Source: Sedimentisphaerales bacterium
GTDB taxonomy: Bacteria > Planctomycetota > Phycisphaerae > Sedimentisphaerales > SM23-30
Direction: 5' to 3' (one strand)
Length of the DNA stretch: 64,000 nt
Assembly (NCBI GenBank): GCA_963666285.1
Contig: OY762711.1
Shown: positions 18,163 through 31,371 of the stretch, in pieces
How the letters are laid out: the number at the start of each line of letters is the position of its first letter
Numbering within the stretch: the first letter of the stretch is position 1
Translations under genes and position numbers: made by a program
The notes under the pieces: generated by a model
Database searches by the model: none
What the model saw: only the letters and a program-made list of their open reading frames with translations
Told to the model about the DNA's origin: nothing

Positions 18163-19308
18163 TTAGTCGATCTGTATAATTTCACCATTTACAATTTTCG
18201 TAAGATAAATATTTTCTAATCCCTGGTTGTCTGACGGACCGTAATCCAAGATCATACCGCCGAGGTCGAAAGTCCGGGTTTCCGTTATAGTTGAGATAAA
18301 ATTATCCCTGTTAAGTTCACCCTTTACCTGTTCGGCGACTTTGCAGAATAGTTTACCAACAACATATCCTTCCAGTGAGACAAATCCAACATCACATTGT
18401 TTCTGATACTTTTCTAGTGCTGCCTGGTATTCTGAGACAATCGGTACACGAGTGTCAGTAGGCAGCGGCATAACCTGTGTAATAATACACCCTTTACCGT
18501 CGCTGCCAAGTTCTTTCTTGAGAGCAGCGCTGCCGACAAAAGAAATATTACAGTAGACGACATCGGTCATACCGAGTTTTTTGGCCAGCTTAATAAATTC
18601 AGCACAGGGTTTGTATGCGCCAACCATAACTACTGCTTCCGGTTGAGATTCACGAATTTTAAGCAATCCTCGTTTAATTGCCAGGGTGTTGCGTTTATAT
18701 GTTCCTTCGGAGATAAGATTTATCCCTCTATTTTCGAGTGCCATTTTGATAGCGTTCAACCCGGCCTGGCCATATCCATCGTCCTGGTAAAAGCAAGCTA
18801 TATTTTTAAACCCTTTTTTATCGACTAGATATTGGGCATGTCTTTCCATCTCCTGGTTATAGCTTCCCCTGACATTTATAATCCATTTATTGAAAGGGTT
18901 ACGAAGAAATTCAGCGCCGGTAAAGGGTCCGAAAAACGGCACTTCAGCTTCGGTAGTAATCGGCATAACTGCTTTTGATGTTGGAGTACCAACTTCGCCG
19001 ATTAGTAAAAAGACTTTTTCGTTATTTATAAGGAATTGAGTATTCCTGATAGCCTTTTCGGGCTCATACCCATCATCAAGACTGATGATTTTAATTTTTC
19101 TTCCGTTAATCCCGCCATCGTCATTGACTTTTTCAAAAGCTGCGTATAGTCCGGCCTTCATTCCGGTACCTAAGGCTGCTGCCGGGCCTTCCAGAGCGCA
19201 TGACTGGCCGAGTATTATTTCATGTTCGGTGATGCCATCTTCTGCAATAATAATTGAAGATGAAATCAGTATGGCAATAACAGCTAACAATCCAAATCTA
19301 CTCTTCAT
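18163..19308 (-). CDS. Periplasmic ligand-binding protein (LivJ-like, type I PBP)
   Basis: Signal peptide; GGINGRKI, DDGYEP, GEVGTPTS and YQDDGYG motifs. Confidence 0.9.
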   Translation of the reverse strand: MKSRFGLLAVIAILISSSIIIAEDGITEHEIILGQSCALEGPAAALGTGMKAGLYAAFEKVNDDGGINGRKIKIISLDDGYEPEKAIRNTQFLINNEKVFLLIGEVGTPTSKAVMPITTEAEVPFFGPFTGAEFLRNPFNKWIINVRGSYNQEMERHAQYLVDKKGFKNIACFYQDDGYGQAGLNAIKMALENRGINLISEGTYKRNTLAIKRGLLKIRESQPEAVVMVGAYKPCAEFIKLAKKLGMTDVVYCNISFVGSAALKKELGSDGKGCIITQVMPLPTDTRVPIVSEYQAALEKYQKQCDVGFVSLEGYVVGKLFCKVAEQVKGELNRDNFISTITETRTFDLGGMILDYGPSDNQGLENIYLTKIVNGEIIQID

Positions 19309-19370
19309 TGCTAACTTCCCCTAAAGAGAATTATATTTCATTTTGTATACCCATCTTATTCTCAATTTGA

Positions 19371-19397
19371 TTATCGACTTCATCAGGAACGAATATA
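19371..19397 (-). promoter_or_regulatory. Putative sigma28 (FliA) promoter for the SBP-MCP operon
   Basis: Minus strand TATA-N15-GTCGATAA versus consensus TAAA-N15-GCCGATAA. Confidence 0.55.
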
Positions 19398-19572
19398 AGA
19401 AGAATAGTAAGGAAGAGGGCTGCCCGAAAACATAAGAGGAAAGATCATTTATAAGTTATTGTAATATAATGTTTTGTAAGTGGTGAGGTGGTTGAGGGAA
19501 GAAATTTGGCGATATTTGGTGGTAATTGCAGGGGCGATAACTGTAGTGTTAAGGATAAAGAGAAAGTAATTT

Positions 19573-20778
19573 TCAGTCAGGATCAACAGGTACGATCTTG
19601 TATATCAGGTCACTATCTCGCAGAATCTGTTCGCAGGGGAAGGTGATATTGCCGCGGTCAATATGCTTGATATCGTTTCCATCTTCATCTCGCATCTCAT
19701 TTATTATCATCTCAACGACCCCGGTTTTGAAGCCGTGTACCTGAATTTTGTCGCCGACAGAGAGGTCAAGAGCTTCTATTTTACAGTGTGCGATTCTGGT
19801 TTTTCGGTAGAAGTTGAGCATTTTACCGACATACTCTTTCTTTTCGGTGGCCTGCGAGTTGCGGCGGTCGGCCCAGCTGGTAAAGGCAGGTTTGCCAAAG
19901 AGGAACCCGGAGGAAAAGCCCCTATTGTAAACTCGTTTGAGATCATCCATAAGTTCGTTGACGAGCTTTTCGCCAAAAGTACCGTCGTTAACAGCATCGA
20001 TAGCACGGCGATAGACACTGACAACCATGCGAATGTATTCCGGTGATCGGCTGCGTCCTTCAATTTTAAGTGAGTCAACCCCGGTAGCAATAACTTTATC
20101 CAATACCGGCAGGGCGCATAAGTCTTTAGGGCTCATGACATATCCATCGCCCAGGGCAAGGTCGTATTGATTTTCAGTGCTGGTAACAGAGAAATGTTCC
20201 CTGCAGGGCTGGAGGCAGTCGCCGCGGTTTGCACTGCGGCCATGTACGAATTGAGACATAAAGCATCTGCCGGAGACAGAGACGCACATGGCACCATGGA
20301 TAAAAACTTCCAGTTCGATATCGGTATTTTTTTTCAGTTCGGTAATCTGTTCCAGAGTGAGTTCGCGTGCAGGCACAATCCGTTCAGCGCCGAGCGCTTT
20401 GTAATGGTCGGCGGCGAGTCGGTTAGAAACACTGGCCTGGGTGGATATGTGAATTTCAAGCTGATGTTTTTTACAAAGCTGAATTACAGCCGGGTCCCAG
20501 CAGATAATAGCATCGACGCCGTAGTTTTTACATTTGGCCAGAAGCTCATCAACCAGCTTGATTTCTTCATCGTAGATAATAGCGTTAAGAGTAATGTAGA
20601 CTTTGACATTATCTTTGTGGGCACTTTTAACTATTTCCGGAAGTGATTCGATATCGATCCCGCGTGAGTTGACACGCATGTTGAGAGTGCCAAGACCGAA
20701 ATAGACGGCGTCGGCACCGGCATTAACCGCAGCTCGAAAAGAAACTTCATCTCTAACTGGTGAAAGGAGTTCTACCAT
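19573..20778 (-). CDS. U32-family protein (TrhP/RlhA-like RNA hydroxylation family)
   Basis: GADAVYFG, HISTQAS, HGAMCVSVSGRC, NRGDCLQPCR and SLKIEGR motifs. Confidence 0.92.
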   Translation of the reverse strand: MVELLSPVRDEVSFRAAVNAGADAVYFGLGTLNMRVNSRGIDIESLPEIVKSAHKDNVKVYITLNAIIYDEEIKLVDELLAKCKNYGVDAIICWDPAVIQLCKKHQLEIHISTQASVSNRLAADHYKALGAERIVPARELTLEQITELKKNTDIELEVFIHGAMCVSVSGRCFMSQFVHGRSANRGDCLQPCREHFSVTSTENQYDLALGDGYVMSPKDLCALPVLDKVIATGVDSLKIEGRSRSPEYIRMVVSVYRRAIDAVNDGTFGEKLVNELMDDLKRVYNRGFSSGFLFGKPAFTSWADRRNSQATEKKEYVGKMLNFYRKTRIAHCKIEALDLSVGDKIQVHGFKTGVVEMIINEMRDEDGNDIKHIDRGNITFPCEQILRDSDLIYKIVPVDPD

Positions 20779-20859
20779 AATAAAATTAATAATGTCACTT
20801 TGTGACGAGAATCATAAAAGGAATTTTATACTACAAACATAACAGCAATTGCCAATGTC

Positions 20860-21276
20860 TTATCTACTATGAATTTCAGAAAATGCCATAATCTGTCGAG
20901 CTCTTTCGATAGCGTTCAGGCGATATTCCACCTGATCCTGGCTGCCGGAAGGCAGAGAAATAGCTTTTTCCAGTTCCGCCCGAGCCTTAACAAATTCCAC
21001 CTGAGCCGGTTTAATGACATTGGGAGTAAGGATAATAATCTCATTATTACAGACATGAGCGAACCCGCCATCGACAAAGACAACATATTCATCCCATTCA
21101 GTGTCTTTGTATTTCAAGACATCAGGTTTAAGCTTAGCCAGCAAAGGCGCATGGCCGGGTAAAATTCCTGCCTTACCGTCATGAAGCGGCAGAATGATCT
21201 CAGTTACCTCTGAATCGAGAACTTTTTTCTCCGGGGTAACAATCAGGCATTTCATGCTGTATTTTTTGTCACTCAT
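20860..21276 (-). CDS. atpC: F1Fo ATP synthase epsilon subunit
   Basis: IVTPE, GILPGHAPL and VDGGFA motifs; operon position. Confidence 0.93.
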   Translation of the reverse strand: MSDKKYSMKCLIVTPEKKVLDSEVTEIILPLHDGKAGILPGHAPLLAKLKPDVLKYKDTEWDEYVVFVDGGFAHVCNNEIIILTPNVIKPAQVEFVKARAELEKAISLPSGSQDQVEYRLNAIERARQIMAFSEIHSR

Positions 21277-21297
21277 AATATATGGTTCCGAGTGTAA

Positions 21298-22734
<1,437 letters not shown>

Positions 22735-22785
22735 TTACTCGTTCTGCTATTAGTCAACAGGGTAAAAACATATTAAAATATTGTG

Positions 22786-22980
22786 GTGCGGTATCGCACT
22801 TTTAGCTGTTCAACATTATACGCAAAGTCCGGAACAGGTCCTTGTGAATGAAAAACTTTACATTTAATTGTATTTTCGAGCTATTTCTCGAAAGTGTATT
22901 TAATTCAAAGTATTGCAGTAATGCCTTTTTAAGCGATTTACCAAAGGCACTTCGTTATTGCAACATAAAAACTACGAAAG
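22786..22980. repeat. Family-B composite repeat inside the atp operon (module X 22786-22841, module Y 22913-22980)
   Basis: Both modules match 46593-46648 and 46751-46818 in the same order. Confidence 0.8.
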
Positions 22981-22996
22981 TTAACTTGTGTAAAAA

Positions 22997-23872
22997 TTAT
23001 TTCAATGCCTCGGCACCACCCACGATATCCATAAGGTCGTTGGTGATCTGTCCCTGCCTGGCTTTATTATATAATCCGTTCAAATCTTTAATCATGGATT
23101 GTGCGTTATCTGTAGCTGCCTTCATAGATCGCATCCTGGACATTTGTTCGCTGGTAATGGAATCGCAGTAACACTGGAACAATTGAGTACGTACGGCAGC
23201 AGGAACCAGTTCCTGCAGGATAACTTCCGGTGAAGGAGAGAATTCGTAATCAACATGGTGAGAACCGGTATTGCGTGATTTTTTCGATTCAATATTTTTA
23301 AAAGGAAGCAATCTCACCTTTTTGGGGTAGAACATGCTGGAAGAATCGAAGCAGGTATAGACAACATCAACCCCGCCGATTTCATTGCGGAGGTACATTC
23401 CGATAAGGTTATTTGCCATTTCTTCTATATCAGCATAGGTTGTTTTATCATCTATGTTGACATAAGTTTTTTTAGGCGACTTTTTAATGAAGTTGAAAAA
23501 GCTGATACCTTTTTTTCCGATAACATGAAGGTCGATCTGGCTGCCGGAAGCCTTTACCTTGTTGTAATGATTTTCTGCTAACCTGAGCAAGCTGCTGTTA
23601 AAGCTGCCGCACAGTCCCCGGTTACTGGAGAAGACCAGGATAATTCTTTTTCGACTGCTGTTTGCTTTTAGCAGTTCACAGCTGGATTCGGTATTTTCGT
23701 TTACAAGAGAATTAACCAGGTAAATGATATTATCGGTATAGCTTCTCAGCCCGACAGTTTTATCGTGAGCTTTTTTGAAGCGTGAAGTAGCCACCATCTC
23801 CATAGTCCTGGTAATCTTACAGATATTGGAGACTGACAGTTTTCTTTTTAATATTTCTCTGGTATTAGCCAT
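22997..23872 (-). CDS. atpG: F1Fo ATP synthase gamma subunit
   Basis: KITRTMEMVA, RGLCGSFN, RMRSMKAATDNA and YNKARQGQIT motifs. Confidence 0.98.
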   Translation of the reverse strand: MANTREILKRKLSVSNICKITRTMEMVATSRFKKAHDKTVGLRSYTDNIIYLVNSLVNENTESSCELLKANSSRKRIILVFSSNRGLCGSFNSSLLRLAENHYNKVKASGSQIDLHVIGKKGISFFNFIKKSPKKTYVNIDDKTTYADIEEMANNLIGMYLRNEIGGVDVVYTCFDSSSMFYPKKVRLLPFKNIESKKSRNTGSHHVDYEFSPSPEVILQELVPAAVRTQLFQCYCDSITSEQMSRMRSMKAATDNAQSMIKDLNGLYNKARQGQITNDLMDIVGGAEALK

Positions 23873-23905
23873 ATTATTTATAACAAGGTATTTAGTAGCC
23901 TGGTA

Positions 23906-25438
<1,533 letters not shown>

Positions 25439-25458
25439 TTAAGGTTAATTAGTTCAAA

Positions 25459-26040
25459 CTAATGTTCTTCACTGATTGCCGTTGCGTCTGGCTGATAATT
25501 TTTGATTTTTACAGCCAATTCATTAAGCTGCTTACGTATGGAGCCATCGAAACTCATATTACCGATTTTTAACTGCAAACCACCCAGGATATCAGGGTCA
25601 ATACAGGTATTCAGGGAAACGTTTTTACCTAATGATTGACCGACTGACCGGGTAATCTTATCGATTTCCTCATCAGACAGTTTCACGGCGGTTGTCAAAG
25701 TTCCTTCAATTCTGCCGGAAGCTCTATCCAGCATAGCTTTGTATGCTTTATAAACATATACGATCGTTTCGAGTCGGTTACGATCGGATAGGACCTTTAG
25801 GAAATCCATGGTAAGGTCGTCTATTTTGCCGGTAAATACTTTGGTCAGTACCGCGGTTTTATCGTTTTCGCTGATAGACGGGCTAGCCAGGAAATGGTCG
25901 AAGTCTTTATCAGACATGACACATTCACTGATAGCGGCCAGGTTATCAGCGACGACCTGCAGCAGTTGCTGCTGCTCGGCCAGTTCGTAAACAGCCTGAG
26001 CATAAATTTCAGCGACAGAATATAAATAATCCTTAGCCAT
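25459..26040 (-). CDS. atpH: F1Fo ATP synthase delta subunit
   Basis: YAQAVY and IDPDILGGL..KIG...FDGSIR motifs; operon position. Confidence 0.95.
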   Translation of the reverse strand: MAKDYLYSVAEIYAQAVYELAEQQQLLQVVADNLAAISECVMSDKDFDHFLASPSISENDKTAVLTKVFTGKIDDLTMDFLKVLSDRNRLETIVYVYKAYKAMLDRASGRIEGTLTTAVKLSDEEIDKITRSVGQSLGKNVSLNTCIDPDILGGLQLKIGNMSFDGSIRKQLNELAVKIKNYQPDATAISEEH

Positions 26041-26153
26041 AGTTTTCTATATATAATTGAAAATATTAACTTTTGTACAGTTTTGCATATTACAAAAGTT
26101 TAAAAAGCCCATTGTTTTAACAAAGGACCGCTTAGTTACGAATCGTCCAATAA

Positions 26154-26753
26154 TCAGCCGTTACTGTTTTCCAGTTCGCTAATAGTCTGGTTAATCAGTT
26201 CCCTGTGCTCTTCACTGCTGATAGATTTTCCGAGTATTTTCCCGGCAAGCTCAACGGCAAGTTCAGAACTGTAGCCATGGAGGTCTCTGACGGCCTGTTC
26301 CTTGGCATTAGCGATAGACTTTTGCGCCTGCTTGATAATTTCATCAGCTTTAGCCTGAGCTTCTTCGGTCACTCGCTGAGTGATTTTAAGAGCTTCATCG
26401 CGAGCTTCATTGATAACTTCAGCGGCACGGTCCTCAGCTTTTTGCATTTTGGTCTCGTATCGGCGAAGAGTTTTTTCGGCATCGGCACGAGCACCCTCTG
26501 CGTCTTTGATCTGCTGGCGAATAAAGTCTTCACGTTTCTTGAGTCCATCAAGAATCGGTCCCCAGGCGAATTTGCCAAGAACAACCAGCAGAACAATGAA
26601 GAGAATCAAGCCGAACAGTGATGTATAAATATCGCCGTTCCAGATACTAACAGGTTCGCTTTCAGCAGTCTCAGAAGCGTAAACAACCGAGGAAGAGAGC
26701 ATTCCGGCAATAAAGGCTGTTATTTTATTTTTGGTACAAAATATATTATTCAC
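26154..26753 (-). CDS. atpF: F1Fo ATP synthase b subunit
   Basis: TM helix, KFAWGPILDGLKKRE, then coiled coil. Confidence 0.95.
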   Translation of the reverse strand: MNNIFCTKNKITAFIAGMLSSSVVYASETAESEPVSIWNGDIYTSLFGLILFIVLLVVLGKFAWGPILDGLKKREDFIRQQIKDAEGARADAEKTLRRYETKMQKAEDRAAEVINEARDEALKITQRVTEEAQAKADEIIKQAQKSIANAKEQAVRDLHGYSSELAVELAGKILGKSISSEEHRELINQTISELENSNG

Positions 26754-26767
26754 AACAAACCTATATA

Positions 26768-27076
26768 TTAATGACCGGTAGCACTAGAGATACTTTTATA
26801 CATTTCAAAAGCTGTGTCAATTTCGCCTCTTGCGAAAAGAATACCCAGCATACAAATAACGATAGCAAACAGGGTAAAACCTTCGATAAATGCAGCAGAG
26901 ATCAGCATAGTAGTAAACAGACGTCCGGCGGTTTCAGGCTGACGAGCCATACCTTCCATCGCACTGGCGGCGAGTTTACCGATACCGATACCACCACCAA
27001 TTACGCTGAGTCCGCAACCTATGGCTGACCCTAAAATTGCCAGTCCCATACCAATATAAGGCATTACGTGTTCCAT
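26768..27076 (-). CDS. atpE: F1Fo ATP synthase c subunit
   Basis: GGGIGIG, ARQPE loop and ion-binding Glu in FIEG. Confidence 0.97.
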   Translation of the reverse strand: MEHVMPYIGMGLAILGSAIGCGLSVIGGGIGIGKLAASAMEGMARQPETAGRLFTTMLISAAFIEGFTLFAIVICMLGILFARGEIDTAFEMYKSISSATGH

Positions 27077-27138
27077 TTTTTATCTCCTGATAAAATTAGC
27101 ATTATTTACCAGGTGTATCAACCTGGTATTCATATTTT

Positions 27139-27945
27139 TTAGTGTTCCGGACTGATAGCAGCCGAAATAAACATAGTAGTTAAAAAGGCAAAAATATAAG
27201 CTTGCAGTAAAGCCACAAAAAGTTCCAGCAGGCTAAAGGCGGTACAACCAGCCAGGGTAACACCGGAAATCAGGTAACTTTTGCTCATAAGGGCAATCAT
27301 TGCCAATACGGCCATCATAGTATGTCCGGCGATCATATTGGCAAATAAACGAATAGCCAGTGCAAATGGTTTGATCAAAGCTCCGACAAATTCGAGAACG
27401 TACATAAGCGGAATCATCGGCCACGGCACATGCGGGATAAAGTTTTTGATATATCCCCATGGTCCCTGATGGATAACGCCGTTAACGTGAATCATTAAAA
27501 AAGAGCAGGCAGCCAGCATCCCGGTAAACCAGACATTGGCAGTAGCTGTGCCGCCGATATGTTTAACATGCAGCCCGGATAGAAGGTATACTATACCGTC
27601 AAGAGGAACCATTCCCAGCAGGTTACAAGTCAGTATAAAGAAAAACACTGTCCAGATATACTTAATAAACCGGTCAGTGTTTTCATGGAGCAAAGGTTTA
27701 ACCATTTCTTCACGCAGATAAGAGCATATGCTTTCCACCAGGTTATATGCCCCGCGTGGTACCATTGATTTGCTTCGCACCGCAAAGGGCAGCCCAACGA
27801 TTAAAAGCAGGGCAGCGATAAACATCATGAGCATATGATTGCTGAAAGTTATCTGATGGTTCCCCACTGTAATAGAAAACAGTTTGTGGGCCGCAACATG
27901 GCTGAGCGGATTGGATGAAGCTAAAATTGTATTAATACTGTTCAT
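27139..27945 (-). CDS. atpB: F1Fo ATP synthase a subunit
   Basis: NLLGMVP, KPFALAIRLFANMIAGH and LQAYIF motifs. Confidence 0.97.
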   Translation of the reverse strand: MNSINTILASSNPLSHVAAHKLFSITVGNHQITFSNHMLMMFIAALLLIVGLPFAVRSKSMVPRGAYNLVESICSYLREEMVKPLLHENTDRFIKYIWTVFFFILTCNLLGMVPLDGIVYLLSGLHVKHIGGTATANVWFTGMLAACSFLMIHVNGVIHQGPWGYIKNFIPHVPWPMIPLMYVLEFVGALIKPFALAIRLFANMIAGHTMMAVLAMIALMSKSYLISGVTLAGCTAFSLLELFVALLQAYIFAFLTTMFISAAISPEH

Positions 27946-28411
27946 TTAATTCGTTAGTATCACTATTTATTTGTTCATTGTCAGACTTTATATCTGTCTT
28001 AGACATATTATCATTTAATAATATAGTATCAACAATATGTGATATTATATGGCTAAATAATATAGCCCAATAATACATAACTATCCAAATCAAATATGCG
28101 ATAGTATATGATCGTTCAATGCAATTAAAATATACAACAATAGTTGATATCAATATTGCGGCTATTCTAATGCCAAAAATACCTAATACGATTTGCGGCG
28201 AGTTTTCTGCGGAAAATCTCCGCAAAATAAATTCAACAACTCCGCAAATCGAGATAGTAATCAGGGCGGGCAAGGCTGCATAGTTAACAGCCGGGGCAAG
28301 CAGTCTGTCATATTTCTGCTGGTACCAGTCGGCAAACATATAATGCCCGCTCAACCAAACCAGAGCTACAAAAACCAAACCTATAGAAATTGTCGTTACA
28401 AGCCGAATCAA
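27932..28411 (-). CDS. Four-TM membrane protein, probable AtpI
   Basis: Four hydrophobic helices; lies between the AtpZ-like gene and atpB. Confidence 0.6.
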   Translation of the reverse strand: MIRLVTTISIGLVFVALVWLSGHYMFADWYQQKYDRLLAPAVNYAALPALITISICGVVEFILRRFSAENSPQIVLGIFGIRIAAILISTIVVYFNCIERSYTIAYLIWIVMYYWAILFSHIISHIVDTILLNDNMSKTDIKSDNEQINSDTNELNEQY

Positions 28412-28776
28412 TTCCAGTTGCCCAAATCCTTAATCAACAGGTAAGTCATACCTAAAAACGCAATGAAAAAGCCAGTCAACGTCAGCCAAGGCAAAGTGCC
28501 GAAGTGCTGATCGCCTTTATAGCCAAAAAAGCTAAAAAGAGCTATGACTCCTGCGAATTCTACTCCCAGACTTGAGTACCTGGCAAGTTTTCGCTTATCC
28601 TGGTCCGAAAATAGCCCTTTTTGTTTTGGCGTCCTCTTTTCAGAGGGCTTGTCAGCTTTTCGGTCCAAATCTTCCATTTCTTTCAGGCTTGATTGTAATG
28701 TCGTTAACATCTCCGCTGAGATGCTTACGGAACCGGGCATTATATCGCTTCTTGCAGCCTTGGTCAACAAGTTCAT
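28408..28776 (-). CDS. AtpZ/AtpI-family (ATPase gene 1) protein; true start possibly 28677
   Basis: LGVEFA...GYKGDQHFGTLPWLTLTG two-TM pattern; first gene of the atp operon. Confidence 0.8.
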   Translation of the reverse strand: MNLLTKAARSDIMPGSVSISAEMLTTLQSSLKEMEDLDRKADKPSEKRTPKQKGLFSDQDKRKLARYSSLGVEFAGVIALFSFFGYKGDQHFGTLPWLTLTGFFIAFLGMTYLLIKDLGNWN

Positions 28777-28991
28777 CGACCAGTTATTAATAAAAATCAG
28801 GTAGAAAATATCTGATTAGCATGGCATCTAATTCGTAAATGGCTATAATATTTGCATTTATAAGAAAGTGACAATATTTGCAAAATTGTATAAATATTGT
28901 TTTATCAGGACATTAAAGTTAACTAATGTCCGGATAATATCACTAATGTTAACAGAGAAAGCCATAATATTAATAAGATCAGGAGTACGAT

Positions 28992-29729
28992 TTGGCCCGC
29001 CAGGTAAAAGCAAAAGTTGAATTAATAGAGTCTACGCCTAATCCGGAGCAGGTAATAGCCGCTGCCGGGAGATTATGTTACGCATCAGATACGTCTGAAC
29101 TATTGAGCCAGGATAAGGAAGATTCAGAAAAGTTTATTACGATGGTAACAAAGATGGGGCACTTGAGTGTACTGGAACATGTCAGTTTTACCTTTTATAT
29201 AGAAGGAGTATCCCGGGCAATGACTCATCAGCTGGTAAGGCATCGCCTGGCGAGTTATTCTCAGCGCAGTCAGCGATATGTCAACCATGATTCATTTGAT
29301 TATGTAGTTCCACCTCAGCTGGAAGGTAAGACAGTCGAGGTTGATGGCATAAAGATAGATGCAGTTGAGTATTATAAAAATGCTATGGAAGATATAGCCA
29401 GTCATTATGATGTACTGAATGATGCGATGGGCGCAACCGGCGAAAAGAGTAACGAAGATGCTCGTTATATTCTCCCAAATGCTTGTGAGACAAAGATTTT
29501 CGTTACGATGAATGCCCGCGAACTGCTTCATTTTCTGCAGGAAAGGTGCTGCAACCGCGCACAATGGGAAATCCGGTCGGCAGCAGATCAGATGCTGAAA
29601 ATATTAAGAGAGAAATGTCCATCAGTTTTTAATTTGGCAGGCCCAAAGTGTTTACGATCAAATAAATGCCCGGAGGGAAAACTTACTTGCGGCAAGATGG
29701 CGGAAGTGGTAGAAAAATATAAAGTATAA
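28992..29729 (+). CDS. thyX: FAD-dependent thymidylate synthase
   Basis: GHLSVLEH, RHRLASYSQRSQRY, NARELLHF and AQWEIR motifs. Confidence 0.97.
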   Translation: MARQVKAKVELIESTPNPEQVIAAAGRLCYASDTSELLSQDKEDSEKFITMVTKMGHLSVLEHVSFTFYIEGVSRAMTHQLVRHRLASYSQRSQRYVNHDSFDYVVPPQLEGKTVEVDGIKIDAVEYYKNAMEDIASHYDVLNDAMGATGEKSNEDARYILPNACETKIFVTMNARELLHFLQERCCNRAQWEIRSAADQMLKILREKCPSVFNLAGPKCLRSNKCPEGKLTCGKMAEVVEKYKV

Positions 29730-29839
29730 ACTGTGATTTCCTTTGTTTTAATCATAATAAATTACCTATTTTGACGCAAGTTGCTTGTTTTTTACTTTTT
29801 ATGCTTGAAAATTATTATTAATAGTAATATATTTCAAGT

Positions 29840-31072
29840 ATGTATAAAGAAAGAATTATTACAGACAGAGTAAAGAAGCTTGCAAATAACTTTCCTGTTG
29901 TTGTCCTTACCGGTGCCAGGCAAACAGGTAAAAGTACTTTATTGTCACACATTTTTCCAAATACTGAAATGGTCGTTTTCAATTCTGCATTCGATGATAA
30001 TGAAGCTCGTCAGGATCCGGATTTATTTCTTGAAAATCATCCTTCCCCCTTGATACTGGATGAAATTCAATATGCACCTGAATTGGTTTCTGCCATAAAA
30101 AGGTGGGTGGATAAAGATCGAAAACCTGGTTCATATATATTAACAGGTTCGCAACACTGGTCAGTTATGAAGACTATTTCAGAAAGTTTAGCTGGAAGAG
30201 CAGTTGTAATGAATCTGGAGGGTTTTTGCCTGTCGGAGATAACAGAAAAGTATTCTAAAAGAAGCTGGCTGGAAAGATGGATAGAAGATGATATTAGTGA
30301 TTTTATAAAGTCATTTCGGAAAGCAGAATACAAAGGTACACTTTATGAGTTATTGTGGCGGGGGTGGCTTCCGGAAGCAGATCGCCTAGATTTGGAATTA
30401 ATTCCCGATTTTTACCGATCATATATCCAAACTTATGTTGAGCGTGATGCCCGATTACAGGCAGATGTGAGGGATTGGCAGGAATTTGGAAAATTTATCC
30501 AACTTGCTTCAGCGTTGACATCTCAGGAGGTCAATTCGTCTAAATTTGGTCGCGAAATTGGGATTAATTATAATACTGCTATTAAATGGCTAATTATCCT
30601 AAAAGCGACTTTTCAGTGGTTTGAGGTTCCACCGTATCATGGAAATACAATAAAACGTATAAGTAAAAAAAACAAGGGATATATTTCTGATACAGGTTTG
30701 GCATGTTCGCTAAATATGATATCATCCCATCAGGCCCTTAGCGGGCATCCATTGTTAGGGGCATTGTTTGAAACTGCAGTAGTATCGGAAATCAGAAAAC
30801 TATCAAATGCAATGCCGAGTCCACCAGGATTGTATCATTGGCGGAGCCATGGCGGAGCTGAAGTTGACCTTATCCTTGAGAGAGACGGAATTTTGTTTCC
30901 GATTGAAATAAAAGTCAAAACTCAACCTTCAAATAAAGATGCACGTGGTATTAAGGCGTTTAGAGAGACTTATCAGAATCTTAGAATAGCTCCAGGTCTG
31001 ATAATCTGTGCGTGTGAAAAGTTTATGAAAATATCAGAAAATGATTATTGTATGCCTTGGAACATTGTTTAA
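29840..31072 (+). CDS. AAA+ ATPase (AAA_14) with C-terminal DUF4143/PD-(D/E)XK domain
   Basis: GARQTGKST, ILDEIQ, SESLAGR, DTGL and EVDLI..PIEIK motifs. Confidence 0.92.
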   Translation: MYKERIITDRVKKLANNFPVVVLTGARQTGKSTLLSHIFPNTEMVVFNSAFDDNEARQDPDLFLENHPSPLILDEIQYAPELVSAIKRWVDKDRKPGSYILTGSQHWSVMKTISESLAGRAVVMNLEGFCLSEITEKYSKRSWLERWIEDDISDFIKSFRKAEYKGTLYELLWRGWLPEADRLDLELIPDFYRSYIQTYVERDARLQADVRDWQEFGKFIQLASALTSQEVNSSKFGREIGINYNTAIKWLIILKATFQWFEVPPYHGNTIKRISKKNKGYISDTGLACSLNMISSHQALSGHPLLGALFETAVVSEIRKLSNAMPSPPGLYHWRSHGGAEVDLILERDGILFPIEIKVKTQPSNKDARGIKAFRETYQNLRIAPGLIICACEKFMKISENDYCMPWNIV

Positions 31073-31116
31073 AGCAAATGCGATGAGCTGTATCTGATTG
31101 AATTATAACAGGTTAT

Positions 31117-31145
31117 AAAAAAACACAAGCAAAAAGCTTGTGTTT
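31117..31145 (-). terminator. Intrinsic terminator
   Basis: AAACACAAGC/GCTTGTGTTT stem with an adjacent A-run. Confidence 0.6.
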
Positions 31146-31176
31146 AACGAAAAGGTGATAATGTGTTTTTGTATCG

Positions 31177-31371
31177 TTATCCCCGCCAAGGTGCCTTTCT
31201 GACAACAGCCGGAGGCATCAGCAGGTTGTCGGCGTTTTTTCTGCCGACGTTCAAAATATTTACTTCAGATGGATACCACTTCAAGTGTGGATAATCAAAA
31301 CCCAGCGGCCATTCAAATTTTTCTGTCTGGCTGTGATTCTGACTTTTCTTTGTTTTTCCATTGTTTGACAT
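31177..31371 (-). CDS. Small hypothetical protein
   Basis: 64-aa ORF with GGGGAGAG RBS upstream and a terminator downstream. Confidence 0.45.
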   Translation of the reverse strand: MSNNGKTKKSQNHSQTEKFEWPLGFDYPHLKWYPSEVNILNVGRKNADNLLMPPAVVRKAPWRG

